64,000 nt of DNA from an archaeon (GCA_004212155.1 RXIG01000015.1:13040-77039), one strand, 5' to 3'; positions 1 to 10,428 are shown, counted from the stretch's first letter. Notes: a model not told the origin generated them from the sequence alone. Made by a program: numbers and translations.

Positions 1-545
1 GGAGCGGGAAGCGTCACGTAGAGGTTCCACGGAAGCGGGTCCATGTCGCGAAGCACGTCCGGATTGGTACCGTTGGTAACAAGGAACGTGGTGAATCCCT
101 CCTTCGTGTACTCCTCTATCAGTTCGGGAAGAAGAGGATAACATGTGGGTTCGCCCGAAAGCGAAATCGCCACGTTGTTTGGGGTTTGCGCCTCCTCGAG
201 CTTCTTCTTGTTGACGCGGTCGAGCACGCCCTGGTATCCAGACAGCAGCGTACGCTGTGCCTCGATCGACTCTTCGACGATGTACTTGGGTGCATCGACG
301 TCCGGCGGTACGTCCTCGGTGAAACGTACCGGCCTCCAGCAAAAGAGGCATTTTTGCGTGCACCAGTTGACAGCAGGCGTCATCTGGAGGCAGCGATGCG
401 ACTTGATGCCATAAAACTTCTGCTTGTAACAGACTCGGTCGCGCATCAGGCTCTCCTTCAGCCAATGGCACAGTTTCACGGCGGAATGGTCGCCCACCAG
501 CTGATATCGCTGTTTCCTTAACAGCTCCCGGGTAGATTCCTTCAT
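1..545 (-). CDS. taw1: 4-demethylwyosine synthase TYW1/Taw1 (radical SAM); N-terminal part, runs off the window start; not in the ORF track
   Basis: Manual translation from ATG at 545: MKESTRELLRKQRYQLVGDHSAVKLCHWLKESL...CYKQKFYGIKSHRCLQMTP..WCTQKCLFCWR...AISLSGEPT...TFLVTNGT. Has CxxxCxxC; ATGA overlap with the DHH gene stop. Confidence 0.95.
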   Translation of the reverse strand, partial: MKESTRELLRKQRYQLVGDHSAVKLCHWLKESLMRDRVCYKQKFYGIKSHRCLQMTPAVNWCTQKCLFCWRPVRFTEDVPPDVDAPKYIVEESIEAQRTLLSGYQGVLDRVNKKKLEEAQTPNNVAISLSGEPTCYPLLPELIEEYTKEGFTTFLVTNGTNPDVLRDMDPLPWNLYVTLPA

Positions 546-1483
546 TTCCGTTTTCCCCTTAGCGTTGTCACAACGGTGTCGAGCACGCGATCTGTGGCAC
601 TCTTGAAGTCTGAAACGTTCTTGGCGCCAGCCGCGGGCGGATGTCCACCGCCGTCCCCGTCGAACTCAAGCCCAACCTCGTGCATGATGGCCGACAGATC
701 GACCCCTTGTTCGATCGCCCTGGTCCCTGCGCGTCCAACGATGCGTTGGCCCTTCTTGTCATTAACGATGATGGCCACGTCGGCACCAAGATTCAGTATG
801 TTGCGGGCGATAAACGACTCGAACGATCCTATCGATGTCTTTACCACGATGTATGAACCAGCCCGAACGACGCGCATGCGCTGCAGTGCCTTGAACAGGG
901 CGATCCTTTGCGAATACGACACCTCCTCCCGAAACATCGTGTAGATGTCCTGGAAATTGATATCGTCGCCGACCATCTCTGATAGTGTGGCAAAGGTCTC
1001 ACGCGTCGCATAGCGAAGGTGTCCCGTGTCGGTCACGATGCCGGCGATAAGCGCCGTCCTGATGACGGTGTCGCGAGGCTTGCCAAGCACCTCCCATACC
1101 AGTTCGGCGTTCGATGTGGCACATCGGCGATACGCCACGCAAGCATCGAAGGCGGTCGTCGCGTGATGGTCGATGATAGCGAGATTGTCCGTCCCGGCAA
1201 GGAGATCCCTGCATCCCTCGAGAAGGGCGGGGGACGACGTGTCGAGGACGAGAATCGCATCGGGTGCGACGGATAGAACACCAAGCGACTCGTCAAGCTC
1301 ATGGAGCAAAAGCGATGCCGAACGGGAGATGCCGTCACAACGTATGGAGACATCCTTTTTTGAATAATACCGTTTGATCGATAGGGCGCAACCTAGGGCG
1401 TCCGGATCAGCGTTGCTATGACATAAAATCAAGAGGTGTCGGCTCTTTTCGAGAAAGAGCCGCACGGATTCACATGAGCTCAT
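542..1483 (-). CDS. DHH/DHHA1 family phosphoesterase (NrnA-like)
   Basis: HSNADPDALG, LDT, IDHH, TDTG and GGGHPPAAG motifs. Confidence 0.9.
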   Translation of the reverse strand: MSSCESVRLFLEKSRHLLILCHSNADPDALGCALSIKRYYSKKDVSIRCDGISRSASLLLHELDESLGVLSVAPDAILVLDTSSPALLEGCRDLLAGTDNLAIIDHHATTAFDACVAYRRCATSNAELVWEVLGKPRDTVIRTALIAGIVTDTGHLRYATRETFATLSEMVGDDINFQDIYTMFREEVSYSQRIALFKALQRMRVVRAGSYIVVKTSIGSFESFIARNILNLGADVAIIVNDKKGQRIVGRAGTRAIEQGVDLSAIMHEVGLEFDGDGGGHPPAAGAKNVSDFKSATDRVLDTVVTTLRGKRK

Positions 1484-1852
1484 TTAACTTCCTTGTGCGC
1501 CAGCCGATGAACCAGATGTTCCAAGCATCTCCTGTATCTTCTTCTGGGATTCCTGGAGCTTTGTCCTCAATCGGGTTTCCTGGCGCTCGAGCGTCGTCTT
1601 TCTCAACGAGAGGGTCTCCTTTCGCTCTGAGAGTTCTTTCTCCACTGTCTCTTTGTCGCTCTTGAAAAGCACGGAACCCGCACTCTTGTATACCTCCTCG
1701 TTCGTGAGCTTTCCAAGCTCTTCGAGGGTGGAGTCGATGTCCTTGAGCTCCGCGTCGACAGACTGTAACTGAGAAGCGATCATCTGATACTGCTGTTCCA
1801 GCTGTTGGAACTGCGTTATCTCTTGTTGTACGTTTTGGGGTAAATTCTGCAC
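1484..1852 (-). CDS. pfdB: Prefoldin subunit beta
   Basis: LPQNVQQEITQFQQLEQQ...VYKSAGSVLFK coiled-coil/beta-hairpin pattern; GTG start at 1852 after GGTGA SD (track start 1885 is probably too long). Confidence 0.92.
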   Translation of the reverse strand: MQNLPQNVQQEITQFQQLEQQYQMIASQLQSVDAELKDIDSTLEELGKLTNEEVYKSAGSVLFKSDKETVEKELSERKETLSLRKTTLERQETRLRTKLQESQKKIQEMLGTSGSSAGAQGS

Positions 1853-1942
1853 ACAATCACCATCCGAATCTTTCCTTTCATCCATTTATAAAGCTTAGCC
1901 TATGGGACCCCGGTATCCACGCGGTGGAGGCACACAGGGCCG

Positions 1943-2827
1943 CTAGGTATAGATCTCGGGCCCATCCTCGCGCACGATGAGCGAATGCTCTGCCTGGGTG
2001 ACATTTCCGCCATCTGATTCCTTAAGCACGCTAAACGCATATACCGATGAGGACCGTACGAGATACTTCAGCGCAAACTCCGCCTTGCGCTTGGAATATA
2101 TCTTGGAAAGCCATCGCTGCGCAAAGGGCAGCGTATTGTAATTGTTCTTGATGGTGGCTAGCATCTTTCGTGCGAGTTGAAGTCGCACCGGCCTGTCCGA
2201 GATATACTTGAATATGAGGTACGTTTCGTCGTCCATGACGCTGCCTGCCCCGTCGGTGGCAAACGGTTCGATAGCGATCACATCACCCTCCTTGAGCTTG
2301 ACCCCTGCGCCAACGTCGAGGTTCGGAATCGAGGGGGCGCTATGGGCCACATACTGCTCAAGCCCGTGGCCGGTGAGGTTCTCGATTGGAACAAGCCCAT
2401 ACGAGCGTATTGTCTCATCGATGACAGCACCGATCTCGTTGGTCTGGATGCCGGGTCGCACGACCTCGAGTGCCGCCTTAAGTGCATCCCTGCTCGCCTT
2501 GACGAGGTCGTCGTCAGGGCTATCGACACGGACCGTGTACGCTGTGTCCGCGATGTATCCCCCCACGTGCGCGCCCATATCGATTTTCACATAATCCCCC
2601 TTCGTGAAGGTACGCGGATCGTCGAGCGTGGGCGTATCGTGGGCAGAGATGTTGTTGACCGAGATGTTGACCGGGAAAGCGGGCGCCCCGCCGTACTCCC
2701 TCGTCTTGTCCTCTATGAAGTTGGCGACGTCCACGTAGCGTGCCCCCTCGACCACTAGCGGTCGGGATTCCTCCTTCAGACGCCGCACGATCTCTCCTGC
2801 CTTGATGTAACACTCATAAGAATCCAT
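1943..2827 (-). CDS. map: Methionine aminopeptidase type II
   Basis: AFPVNIS..AHDT, KIDMGAHVGGYIADTA, NLTGHG, AIEPFAT, QAEHS metal ligands. Confidence 0.96.
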   Translation of the reverse strand: MDSYECYIKAGEIVRRLKEESRPLVVEGARYVDVANFIEDKTREYGGAPAFPVNISVNNISAHDTPTLDDPRTFTKGDYVKIDMGAHVGGYIADTAYTVRVDSPDDDLVKASRDALKAALEVVRPGIQTNEIGAVIDETIRSYGLVPIENLTGHGLEQYVAHSAPSIPNLDVGAGVKLKEGDVIAIEPFATDGAGSVMDDETYLIFKYISDRPVRLQLARKMLATIKNNYNTLPFAQRWLSKIYSKRKAEFALKYLVRSSSVYAFSVLKESDGGNVTQAEHSLIVREDGPEIYT

Positions 2828-2924
2828 TACTATCCCATTAGAGATGACAAAGGGAGGATTATAAAGGTTGTCCTAGAAAAAGAGAAATAATTTAAACCCA
2901 TTCACATATCTACTCTGTGATATC

Positions 2925-3437
2925 ATGGACGGAGATGAGAGATACGAACGCTACGAGGCGATGGCATATGAACAGGGTGCGCGACATGTTCGCTTCATCA
3001 CGCCAGACGATATAAGGCTCGACCCCCGTTGCTATCTCAAGTGCAAGTACGGCTGCGAGGAATGGGGGAGGAAATGGACGTGCCCGTCGACACCTGGGAG
3101 GATCCCCCTGAACGAGTTCAAGAAGATGCTTGACAGGTACTCCACCGTAATGCTCATACATGCGCCAACGGAAAATAAGAATCAGGAGATCTCGTTTTCC
3201 ATCGAACGCCAGGCGTATTACGACGGCCTTTACTTCGCATTCTCGATTGCGGGATGTCACCTCTGCGAACCATGCATGTTCCCCGATCCATGCCCGTACC
3301 AGTACAAGGCGCGTCCATCTATGCAGGCAATGGGGATCGATGTGTTCGCCACGGTCCATGCACTGGGACTGCCCCTAAAGACTCTCGTATGTCCAGACGA
3401 CGAGGAGAACTGGTATTCGCTTGTGTTGCTCGAGTGA
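2925..3437 (+). CDS. Cys-rich putative metal-binding protein (DUF2284-like)
   Basis: KCKYGC..WTCP, GCHLCEPC..CPY..ARPSMQAMGIDV. Confidence 0.8.
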   Translation: MDGDERYERYEAMAYEQGARHVRFITPDDIRLDPRCYLKCKYGCEEWGRKWTCPSTPGRIPLNEFKKMLDRYSTVMLIHAPTENKNQEISFSIERQAYYDGLYFAFSIAGCHLCEPCMFPDPCPYQYKARPSMQAMGIDVFATVHALGLPLKTLVCPDDEENWYSLVLLE

Positions 3438-3441
3438 TCTG

Positions 3442-4626
3442 ATGACAAACAAGCTCTATCTTGACGATGCATACATGCGCGGATGTGTGAGCACCGTCGT
3501 ACGAAAGGAAACAGGAACGCACGGCGACATCCTCGTACTCGACACGACCTGTTTTTATCCCGAAGGCGGCGGTCAGCCGTGCGACACAGGCACCATAGCG
3601 GGCCACAGGGTCACGCATGTGTGTGCAAACGACGGTGAAGTGCTCCATCATATCGAAGGTCGGTGTACTGACAGGACGGTCGAATGCATGCTCGACTGGG
3701 ACAGAAGGATCGACCACATGCAGCAGCATACCGGCCAGCACATCATCTCCCACGTCATATTCAGACATTTCGGCGCCGAAACGGAGTCGCTCCACATAGG
3801 CGCGCGACATTCCACGATAGACATACCTATTACTGAGCTCACGGGAGACGATATTCGTACGATCGAGGATGAGGCAAATGCGATCATCAGAGAGGATCAT
3901 CCCATCCATTGCTATGTCGTACGTACAGTCGATATCGGAAAGCTTCGAAAGGCTCCGACAGTGGGAAACGACGTACGCATCGTCGAGATCGAGGGCATCG
4001 AGAAGACACCATGCGGAGGAACGCACTGTTCCAGCAGCGCGGAGGTGGGACTCGTCCACATACCGCACTGGCACAAGAAGGGACACTGCTGGCGCATTGA
4101 GTTCGTTTGCGGCTTGCGGTGCCTTACATTGCTAAGGGAGCATGGGGCTGTCATCAATGCGATGTCAGCGCGTCTTGACGCCCCTCCTTCATCACTTGAT
4201 GAGCGGCTCTGCGCGCTAAAAGAGGAAAAGGAGGCCCTCTATCGACGCACGCAGGATCTCATGAGACAACGGGCGCGCCTGGACCTCGAGAAAGCGCTGC
4301 ACGATGCATGGAACGTGGACGGCGTAAAGATCGTCAGCGCCAGTTATGACGAGGTGGAACGCGCCAGGGAACTCGCACGCCTTGCTGTAACGACTAAACG
4401 GTGCGTTGCGCTGGCGGCGACATGCTCATCCCGGGGTGCTACCCTCTTTTTCGCCTCATCAAAGGACAGCGGCATCGATGTGCGTGATGCAATGAACGAA
4501 GCCCTCGCCCCCATTGAAGGGAGGGGTGGCGGCAGCATGCACTTCGCGACGGGGCACGGCCCGGCCGGTGGCGCCATGCCTGAGGCGCTCAGGCGGGCAT
4601 GGAAGGTAGTTGCAGGTGAGCGGTGA
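3442..4626 (+). CDS. alaX: Alanyl-tRNA editing protein AlaX (large form with C-Ala/DHHA1 domain)
   Basis: FYPEGGGQPCDTG, HMQQHTGQH, CGGTH, C-terminal GRGGG. Confidence 0.9.
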   Translation: MTNKLYLDDAYMRGCVSTVVRKETGTHGDILVLDTTCFYPEGGGQPCDTGTIAGHRVTHVCANDGEVLHHIEGRCTDRTVECMLDWDRRIDHMQQHTGQHIISHVIFRHFGAETESLHIGARHSTIDIPITELTGDDIRTIEDEANAIIREDHPIHCYVVRTVDIGKLRKAPTVGNDVRIVEIEGIEKTPCGGTHCSSSAEVGLVHIPHWHKKGHCWRIEFVCGLRCLTLLREHGAVINAMSARLDAPPSSLDERLCALKEEKEALYRRTQDLMRQRARLDLEKALHDAWNVDGVKIVSASYDEVERARELARLAVTTKRCVALAATCSSRGATLFFASSKDSGIDVRDAMNEALAPIEGRGGGSMHFATGHGPAGGAMPEALRRAWKVVAGER

Positions 4627-5783
4627 TGACCCACTCCCGACGCCGCGTGCTCCTCATCTCGTCGCTGGGGCATGCATACAGCCACGCATGCATGTTATCG
4701 ATACCTCCATTGCTCCTCCTGCTCAGGGACGAGTTCAGCCTGAGCTTCACGCTCATATCGCTGGCAGTGACCGCGTCGGGCATCCTCTTTGGCCTCGGGG
4801 CGCTCCCCTTCGGGCCCCTCTCTGACCGCATAGGTGCGATACGTGTCAACATCATCGGCGTCGTCCTTGCCATCGTGGCAGGCCTGGGCCTCTACTTCGC
4901 TACATCGTCTTACGTGTTCGTATCATTCCTGCTCCTGCTCGGCATCGCATCGAGCACGTACCACCCCTCGGCGTTCAACATGATATCGTGCATGTACACA
5001 TCCGAGATGGGGCGCGCCTTTGGCATCAACGGCATGATAGGAAACGTCGGACAGATAGGTGCGCCCATCACCGCGGGGTTTATCGCATACACGTGGGGAT
5101 GGCGGCCTGTCTTTCTCCTGCTTGTCGCCATAGGGATCGTCGTGCTCGCACTCCTTGTCTCCGTGCGCACATTTTCTTTCGAAAGCCCACCATCTGAAGA
5201 GGGGGGGCGATCGTTCATGCTGGCCCGCCCCTTCCTTCTATTGCTCGTCATCACAATGCTTGGTGGCCTTGCCTACCGGGGCATCGTCACGATGCTGCCC
5301 TCATACACCTCAATAATATTCCAGCAAAACACGTTCGAGGGCGGAACGCTCGTCACGCTCCTGCTCCTCATGGGCGGCGTCTCCCAGATCATCGCCGGAG
5401 AGCTGCGCGATAGGCTCGGCGCCTCCAGGCCATTTCTTGTCACCACGCTGCTTGCGCTCGCAAGCGTCGCGATCATGATGACAGATACGTATTCAGCCCT
5501 GCTTGTCGGCCTTATACTCTTCGGATTCAGCTACTTTGCGATCAACCTCTACACGAACACGATAATAGGGGAGGTGGCGCCCACGGGGCAGAAGGGCACG
5601 GTCTATGGCATCATGTTCTTTGCCCGGTTCGGGCTTGCATATGTTGCCCCTTTCATCGTCGGTGCCGTCACCGACCTCTACTCGATACGCTACCTCTTCC
5701 ACATCGCTGCAGCGTTCCTCGTCGTGCTTGTCATTTTTACGGCATACTTCTATGCCACGCGCTCACGTTCCGTGACGCCATGA
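4623..5783 (+). CDS. MFS transporter
   Basis: About 12 hydrophobic segments; motif A GPLSDRIG repeated as GELRDRLG. Confidence 0.9.
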   Translation: MMTHSRRRVLLISSLGHAYSHACMLSIPPLLLLLRDEFSLSFTLISLAVTASGILFGLGALPFGPLSDRIGAIRVNIIGVVLAIVAGLGLYFATSSYVFVSFLLLLGIASSTYHPSAFNMISCMYTSEMGRAFGINGMIGNVGQIGAPITAGFIAYTWGWRPVFLLLVAIGIVVLALLVSVRTFSFESPPSEEGGRSFMLARPFLLLLVITMLGGLAYRGIVTMLPSYTSIIFQQNTFEGGTLVTLLLLMGGVSQIIAGELRDRLGASRPFLVTTLLALASVAIMMTDTYSALLVGLILFGFSYFAINLYTNTIIGEVAPTGQKGTVYGIMFFARFGLAYVAPFIVGAVTDLYSIRYLFHIAAAFLVVLVIFTAYFYATRSRSVTP

Positions 5784-6998
5784 TGAGAGATAGGCGCATT
5801 GCTCCTCATCCAGCTCGTCGATGGATATCGACGACGCCGAAAGGCGCATGCGTGCAACACGTTCGTCGATATCCTGCGGCACGCCGTAGACGCGCGGCTC
5901 GAGGTGATGGCCGAGGATATGGGTTGCACAGAGCAGCTGCAGGGCAAAGCTCATGTCCATGATCTCCGCGGGATGCCCGTCGGCGCATGCGAGATTTACA
6001 AGCCTTCCCTCTCCAAGGAGGTGGAGCCACGCATCACCGATGCGGTAGCTCATGATGTCCTTGCGAGAGAACCGTTGCTCCTCTGCAAGCTGTTCCAGCC
6101 CGACGACATCGACTTCAACGTTGAAATGTCCTGCGTTGGCAAGAATCGCACCGTCCTTCATCGTTGTGAAATGGCGCTGGCGGATCACCTTGTTGCATCC
6201 CGTGGCCGTGACGAAGATGTCGCCGATTCGGGCCGCCTCGTCCATGGTCATGACCCGAAATCCGTCCATGTGGGCCTCGATGGCCTTGATGGGATCGACC
6301 TCGGTGACGACGACGTTGGCGCCCAGTCCCTTTGCGCGCATGGCAATACCTCGCCCGCACCAGCCATATCCGGCCACCACGAACACCTTGCCTGCGATAA
6401 TGAGATTGGTCGTGCGCATGATGCCGTCGAGTGTCGACTGCCCCGTGCCGTACCGGTTGTCAAATAGGTACTTGCACTTGGCGTTGTTGACGGCAAACGC
6501 AGGGAACTTCAAGCTTCCCTCGCGCTCCATGGCCCTGAGCCGGATGACGCCTGTCGTCGTCTCCTCGCACAGGCCCTGCACGGACGGCAAGAGATCGTCG
6601 CGTTCGGTGTGTACGAGATGCGCCAGGTCCCCACCATCATCAATGATGACCGACGGGCCTATGTCGAGGGTCTTGTTAAGATTCCGGTAGTACTCCTCGT
6701 CATCGATGCCGTAGCGCGCATTGACCGTGACGCCCCGCTCATGCAAGGCGTAGGCCACATCATCCTGTGTCGTTAGCGGGTTGCTTCCGCACAATGCTAC
6801 CTGTGCGCCGCCCTTGTGGAGCACATAGGCCATGTAGGCTGTCTTGGCCTCGAGATGGAGACAGCACGAGACGGAGGCTCCCTCCAAGGGACGTTGAGAA
6901 GCAAACTGTTTTTCCAGGGCGGAGACGACAGGCATGTGGGATGCTGCCCACTGTATCTTGCGCTCGCCGGATTTCACGAGATCGTTTGAATCGCTCAT
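5763..6998 (-). CDS. ahcY: Adenosylhomocysteinase
   Basis: HLEAKTA, SNPLTTQD, EETTTG, FDNRYGTGQS, GYGWCG, GRLVNL, GHPAEIMDMSF. Confidence 0.97.
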   Translation of the reverse strand: MSDSNDLVKSGERKIQWAASHMPVVSALEKQFASQRPLEGASVSCCLHLEAKTAYMAYVLHKGGAQVALCGSNPLTTQDDVAYALHERGVTVNARYGIDDEEYYRNLNKTLDIGPSVIIDDGGDLAHLVHTERDDLLPSVQGLCEETTTGVIRLRAMEREGSLKFPAFAVNNAKCKYLFDNRYGTGQSTLDGIMRTTNLIIAGKVFVVAGYGWCGRGIAMRAKGLGANVVVTEVDPIKAIEAHMDGFRVMTMDEAARIGDIFVTATGCNKVIRQRHFTTMKDGAILANAGHFNVEVDVVGLEQLAEEQRFSRKDIMSYRIGDAWLHLLGEGRLVNLACADGHPAEIMDMSFALQLLCATHILGHHLEPRVYGVPQDIDERVARMRLSASSISIDELDEEQCAYLSSWRHGT

Positions 6999-7105
6999 GA
7001 GAGAAACGACGACCTCATCATTTTTTAAGATTCCCTCGAAATCACGTTCTAGGGGAGAGAAATGATTCTTTGATCAACGATACGGGTCAAAACAGGGCTA
7101 TCAGT

Positions 7106-7117
7106 AAAATTTATAAA
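7106..7117 (+). promoter_or_regulatory. BRE/TATA box of the tRNA-Thr promoter
   Basis: AAAATTTATAAA about 28 nt upstream of the tRNA 5' end; similar box upstream of tRNA-Glu. Confidence 0.7.
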
Positions 7118-7144
7118 CAAAAATGAATTGGTCTTCTACGTGTT

Positions 7145-7221
7145 GCCCCGATGGCTCAGCATGGTAGAGCGTCCGCTTGGTAAGCGGGAGGCCGCGGGTT
7201 CAAATCCCGCTCGGGGCTCCA
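7145..7221 (+). tRNA. tRNA-Thr(GGT), CCA encoded
   Basis: Acceptor GCCCCGA/TCGGGGC, anticodon loop TT-GGT-AA, T-loop TTCAAAT. Confidence 0.96.
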
Positions 7222-7278
7222 TGTCATGCGCAAAAAGAGAAAACTTTTTAACGTATACGCGATAAAAAGCAGTGAAAT

Positions 7279-7356
7279 GGCCCGATCGCCAAGTCTGGGA
7301 AGGCGCTAGACTGAAGATCTAGTATTTCGCCGGTTCAAATCCGGCTCGGGCCACCA
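7279..7356 (+). tRNA. tRNA-Phe(GAA), CCA encoded
   Basis: Acceptor GGCCCGA/TCGGGCC, CTAGA-CT-GAA-GA-TCTAG anticodon arm. Confidence 0.96.
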
Positions 7357-7456
7357 CCCTCTTTTCTTCACGCTCCTTTTTTGCTTAGAATCACAGTTTG
7401 TAAGCATTTTTAGAGAAATGTATTTATACAGCCTTTAAGGAAAGTTAAACGATAAT

Positions 7457-9277
7457 ATGCCCCATAGCGCAAAAAAAACCTTGCCCATTTTTCTAATCTT
7501 GCTCGCTCTAATAATATTGCCATATCAGTTCAATTTTAGCTATGAGGCACTATACACTGATGCGCTTACCTTCGGTCTGCCATTTTTCATGTTTATAGCA
7601 GGGTACGTCGTCATCGTCAACTACTCCGTCAGGGCACTGAAACGTTCGATGGGCATACTCGTGTTCGCGCCCATACCTTGGGCACTGGCAGAGGTGCTCT
7701 GGGCACTCACGAACAACGATGGGGAGGTCCTGGCCTACTCGCTCTCGTTCGATGTGTTCTACTTGCTCGGATTTGCGATCTTAGTCGTTGCGCTTGTGAC
7801 GGCATATCCGGTCCTCCGACAGTATGTCAAGGCCCGGGCCCAGGCCATCGCCCTCTGCATCACGATGATTGCGACAGTTGCGCTGGGGTACTACTTCCTC
7901 GGATACCGCGGTGAATCGATCGATGGACAGACCATGAGGATGACTGCCATCTACCTGGTCTTTGACTTGGCCGTGCTCTTCTTTGCCCTCAGCTACACGT
8001 GGGCAACGATCAAACACCGCCTCAGCCCGTTTTGGGCATGGCTTCTCGTCTTCACACTTGTGACCATTGCGGCTGACACGCTCTACGGCATTCGTGCGCT
8101 TGAGGGAACGTATGCGCCCTACGCGCTCCCCTCCATGCTCTTCAACGCGGCCTATGCGGCCTTGCTCGTAGGGTTCCTATCGTTTGTCGATGTGCGCTCG
8201 GCACTTCTCAGAGACGTCGATGAACGCTATTACGAGATATTCAATCACAGCGGTGCTCCGACGATAATGGCCGATGGCGCGCACAACGTGCTCCTCGCCA
8301 ATCAGCAGTTCGAACAGATGACAGGATATGAGGAGAAGGAGGTAACGGGCGAGATGAAGTGGCCCGAGCTCGTCGATGCAAAGGACCGAAAGTCGATACT
8401 GCTGCTGCTCAACCGTATGGAGAACGTCGGCACGAAAAAACCGCTCACGCGCGAGCTCAATCTGCATACAAAGGACGGAAGCGCCCTGTGTAGCAGCGTC
8501 ACGTTTAGCTTCATACCGGAGACCGACCTCATTGTGATCACGATCTTTGACCTCACGGAGAGGAAGAAGCTGGAAAACGAGCTCAAACGCATCAACGAGG
8601 ACCTGCAAAACTTCACGTTTACCGTCTCGCACGACCTCAAGGAACCGCTTCGCAACATCTCATCGCTGGCAACATACCTCAAGCGCGACTACCAGGACAA
8701 GCTTGACGACATGGGCAACGAGTTCCTTGACATGCTCGTTAACTCTGTCTCCACGATGTCGCAGCTCGTCGACGACCTGCTGACGCTCTCACGCATAGGG
8801 CGCAAGAACGTCGACTTCTCGTTCGTCGACATCAACAATCTCATCAACGAGGTGCTCGGCGACATACAAAACTACGTCAAGGAGCGAAATGCCGAGGTTC
8901 GCTACGAGAATCTGCCCAAGGCCATGGTGCAAAAGACATGGATTAAGCAGGTCTTTCAAAACCTTATAACTAATGGCATCAAGTTCAACGACTCCCCGCA
9001 GCCTACCGTCGACATCACCTATAAGGACCACAACTTCTTCTACGAGTTCATCGTGAGGGACAACGGCATCGGTATCCCGCAAGAGTACAAGGACAAGATA
9101 TTCAAGCTCTTTGAGAGGTTGCACTCCACAGAGGAATACGGCGGTACTGGCGCAGGACTGGCCATCGTGAAAAAGATCGTCAAGGAGCACAGGGGAGACA
9201 TATGGGTGGAAAGTGAGGAGGGTTCTGGCTCCACGTTCCACTTCACGATCGAGAAGTTCTTCATAGGGGGAGAATGA
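7457..9277 (+). CDS. Membrane-bound PAS-domain sensor histidine kinase
   Basis: 7-8 N-terminal TM segments, PAS (ANQQFEQMTGY), H-box SHDLKEPL, N-box NLITNGIKF, DNGIGI, GTGAGLAIVKKIV. Confidence 0.93.
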   Translation: MPHSAKKTLPIFLILLALIILPYQFNFSYEALYTDALTFGLPFFMFIAGYVVIVNYSVRALKRSMGILVFAPIPWALAEVLWALTNNDGEVLAYSLSFDVFYLLGFAILVVALVTAYPVLRQYVKARAQAIALCITMIATVALGYYFLGYRGESIDGQTMRMTAIYLVFDLAVLFFALSYTWATIKHRLSPFWAWLLVFTLVTIAADTLYGIRALEGTYAPYALPSMLFNAAYAALLVGFLSFVDVRSALLRDVDERYYEIFNHSGAPTIMADGAHNVLLANQQFEQMTGYEEKEVTGEMKWPELVDAKDRKSILLLLNRMENVGTKKPLTRELNLHTKDGSALCSSVTFSFIPETDLIVITIFDLTERKKLENELKRINEDLQNFTFTVSHDLKEPLRNISSLATYLKRDYQDKLDDMGNEFLDMLVNSVSTMSQLVDDLLTLSRIGRKNVDFSFVDINNLINEVLGDIQNYVKERNAEVRYENLPKAMVQKTWIKQVFQNLITNGIKFNDSPQPTVDITYKDHNFFYEFIVRDNGIGIPQEYKDKIFKLFERLHSTEEYGGTGAGLAIVKKIVKEHRGDIWVESEEGSGSTFHFTIEKFFIGGE

Positions 9278-9717
9278 CTGTGATACGAAGAGGGATCCTC
9301 ATCATCGAAGACAATATGACAGACGGGCTCGTGATCAAACGGACACTGTCAAAACACCTTACAGACGACATAACGATCGTCCGTGATGGCATGCAGGCGA
9401 TCAACGCGCTTTCGGAAAAGCTCAAGTCGCGCCCTTCAAAGGAGGACGTCGTCATGCCACGCCTCATCACGCTCGACCTTAACATGCCGAAGATGAACGG
9501 GTTTGAGCTCCTCGACCGACTGAGGGAGCACGAGGACACGAAGTCGATACCGATCATCGTACTCACGTCGTCGCAAATACCTGACGAGATCACTCGGGCC
9601 TACCAGATGGGCGTGAACAACTATGTGGTCAAGCCCACCGACCACGAGAAATTCGAGCAAACAATAGAACAGATCTACCACTACTGGTTCGAATTTTCCA
9701 GAATACCAGAGGATTGA
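9274..9717 (+). CDS. Stand-alone response regulator receiver (Rcp1-like)
   Basis: IIEDN, LDLNMPKMNG, IVLTSS, YVVKP. Confidence 0.92.
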   Translation: MTVIRRGILIIEDNMTDGLVIKRTLSKHLTDDITIVRDGMQAINALSEKLKSRPSKEDVVMPRLITLDLNMPKMNGFELLDRLREHEDTKSIPIIVLTSSQIPDEITRAYQMGVNNYVVKPTDHEKFEQTIEQIYHYWFEFSRIPED

Positions 9718-9723
9718 TCCACT

Positions 9724-10404
9724 ATGGAAGAAAACACATCTGAAGGCCCTCACATCCTCTACATAGAGGACAACAAGGCCGACGTGGTAATAATGAAACG
9801 CGTTCTCGAGGAGATATTCCCCCAGGGATACTCGCTTGACACGACCCCCGTCGGTTCGACGGGACTGACCAAGCTCAAGACGAATTACTACGACTTTGCC
9901 ATCCTTGACTACAAGCTGCCCAGGATGAACGGGCTTGAGATCTTGCAGAACATGAAAAATGAGGGCATCGACACTCCTGTCGTGGTGGTAACAGGACAGG
10001 GTGACGACGAGGTCGCCGTCAAGGCGCTTAAAAACGGTGCATATGACTACCTGATCAAGGGCAAGCTCGACACCAAGGAGGCCAAGTTCTCCATACTCGA
10101 GCTGTGGAACCTCGTCAACTACATGAAACGTGATGCGAACATCGAGATGTTTTCCAGCCTTACCCAAAAGCGCACCACGATCGATGTCATCGCGGACATC
10201 CTCCAAAGCGCCCTCAACGGCATAGGCAAGACGACGCTCGTCTTCAAATCGAACATGAACTTCAAGCGCATAGAGAAGTATCTCGTCTTCCTGCTGGCAA
10301 AGGGATTCCTCCGTCTCGACCAGGAGGAGAAGTACACGACGACCGAGGACGGAAAAAGGCTTTTGAAGGCAATAACGGAGCTCAAGGCACTCCTTAACAA
10401 GTAA
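9724..10404 (+). CDS. Response regulator, REC domain plus archaeal winged-helix DNA-binding domain
   Basis: REC (IEDN, LDYKLP, VVTGQG, YLIKG) followed by KRTTIDVIADIL..GIGKTTLVFKSNMNFKRIEKYLVFL..KGFL..YTTTEDG. Confidence 0.85.
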   Translation: MEENTSEGPHILYIEDNKADVVIMKRVLEEIFPQGYSLDTTPVGSTGLTKLKTNYYDFAILDYKLPRMNGLEILQNMKNEGIDTPVVVVTGQGDDEVAVKALKNGAYDYLIKGKLDTKEAKFSILELWNLVNYMKRDANIEMFSSLTQKRTTIDVIADILQSALNGIGKTTLVFKSNMNFKRIEKYLVFLLAKGFLRLDQEEKYTTTEDGKRLLKAITELKALLNK

Positions 10405-10428
10405 CGCTAATCCCGCTCAGCAAGGGAT

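Noticed and set aside
5763-5783. 21-nt tail-to-tail overlap of the MFS gene and ahcY
   Set aside because: Short convergent overlaps recur in this compact genome (36585-36595, 57817-57822) and show no special signal.
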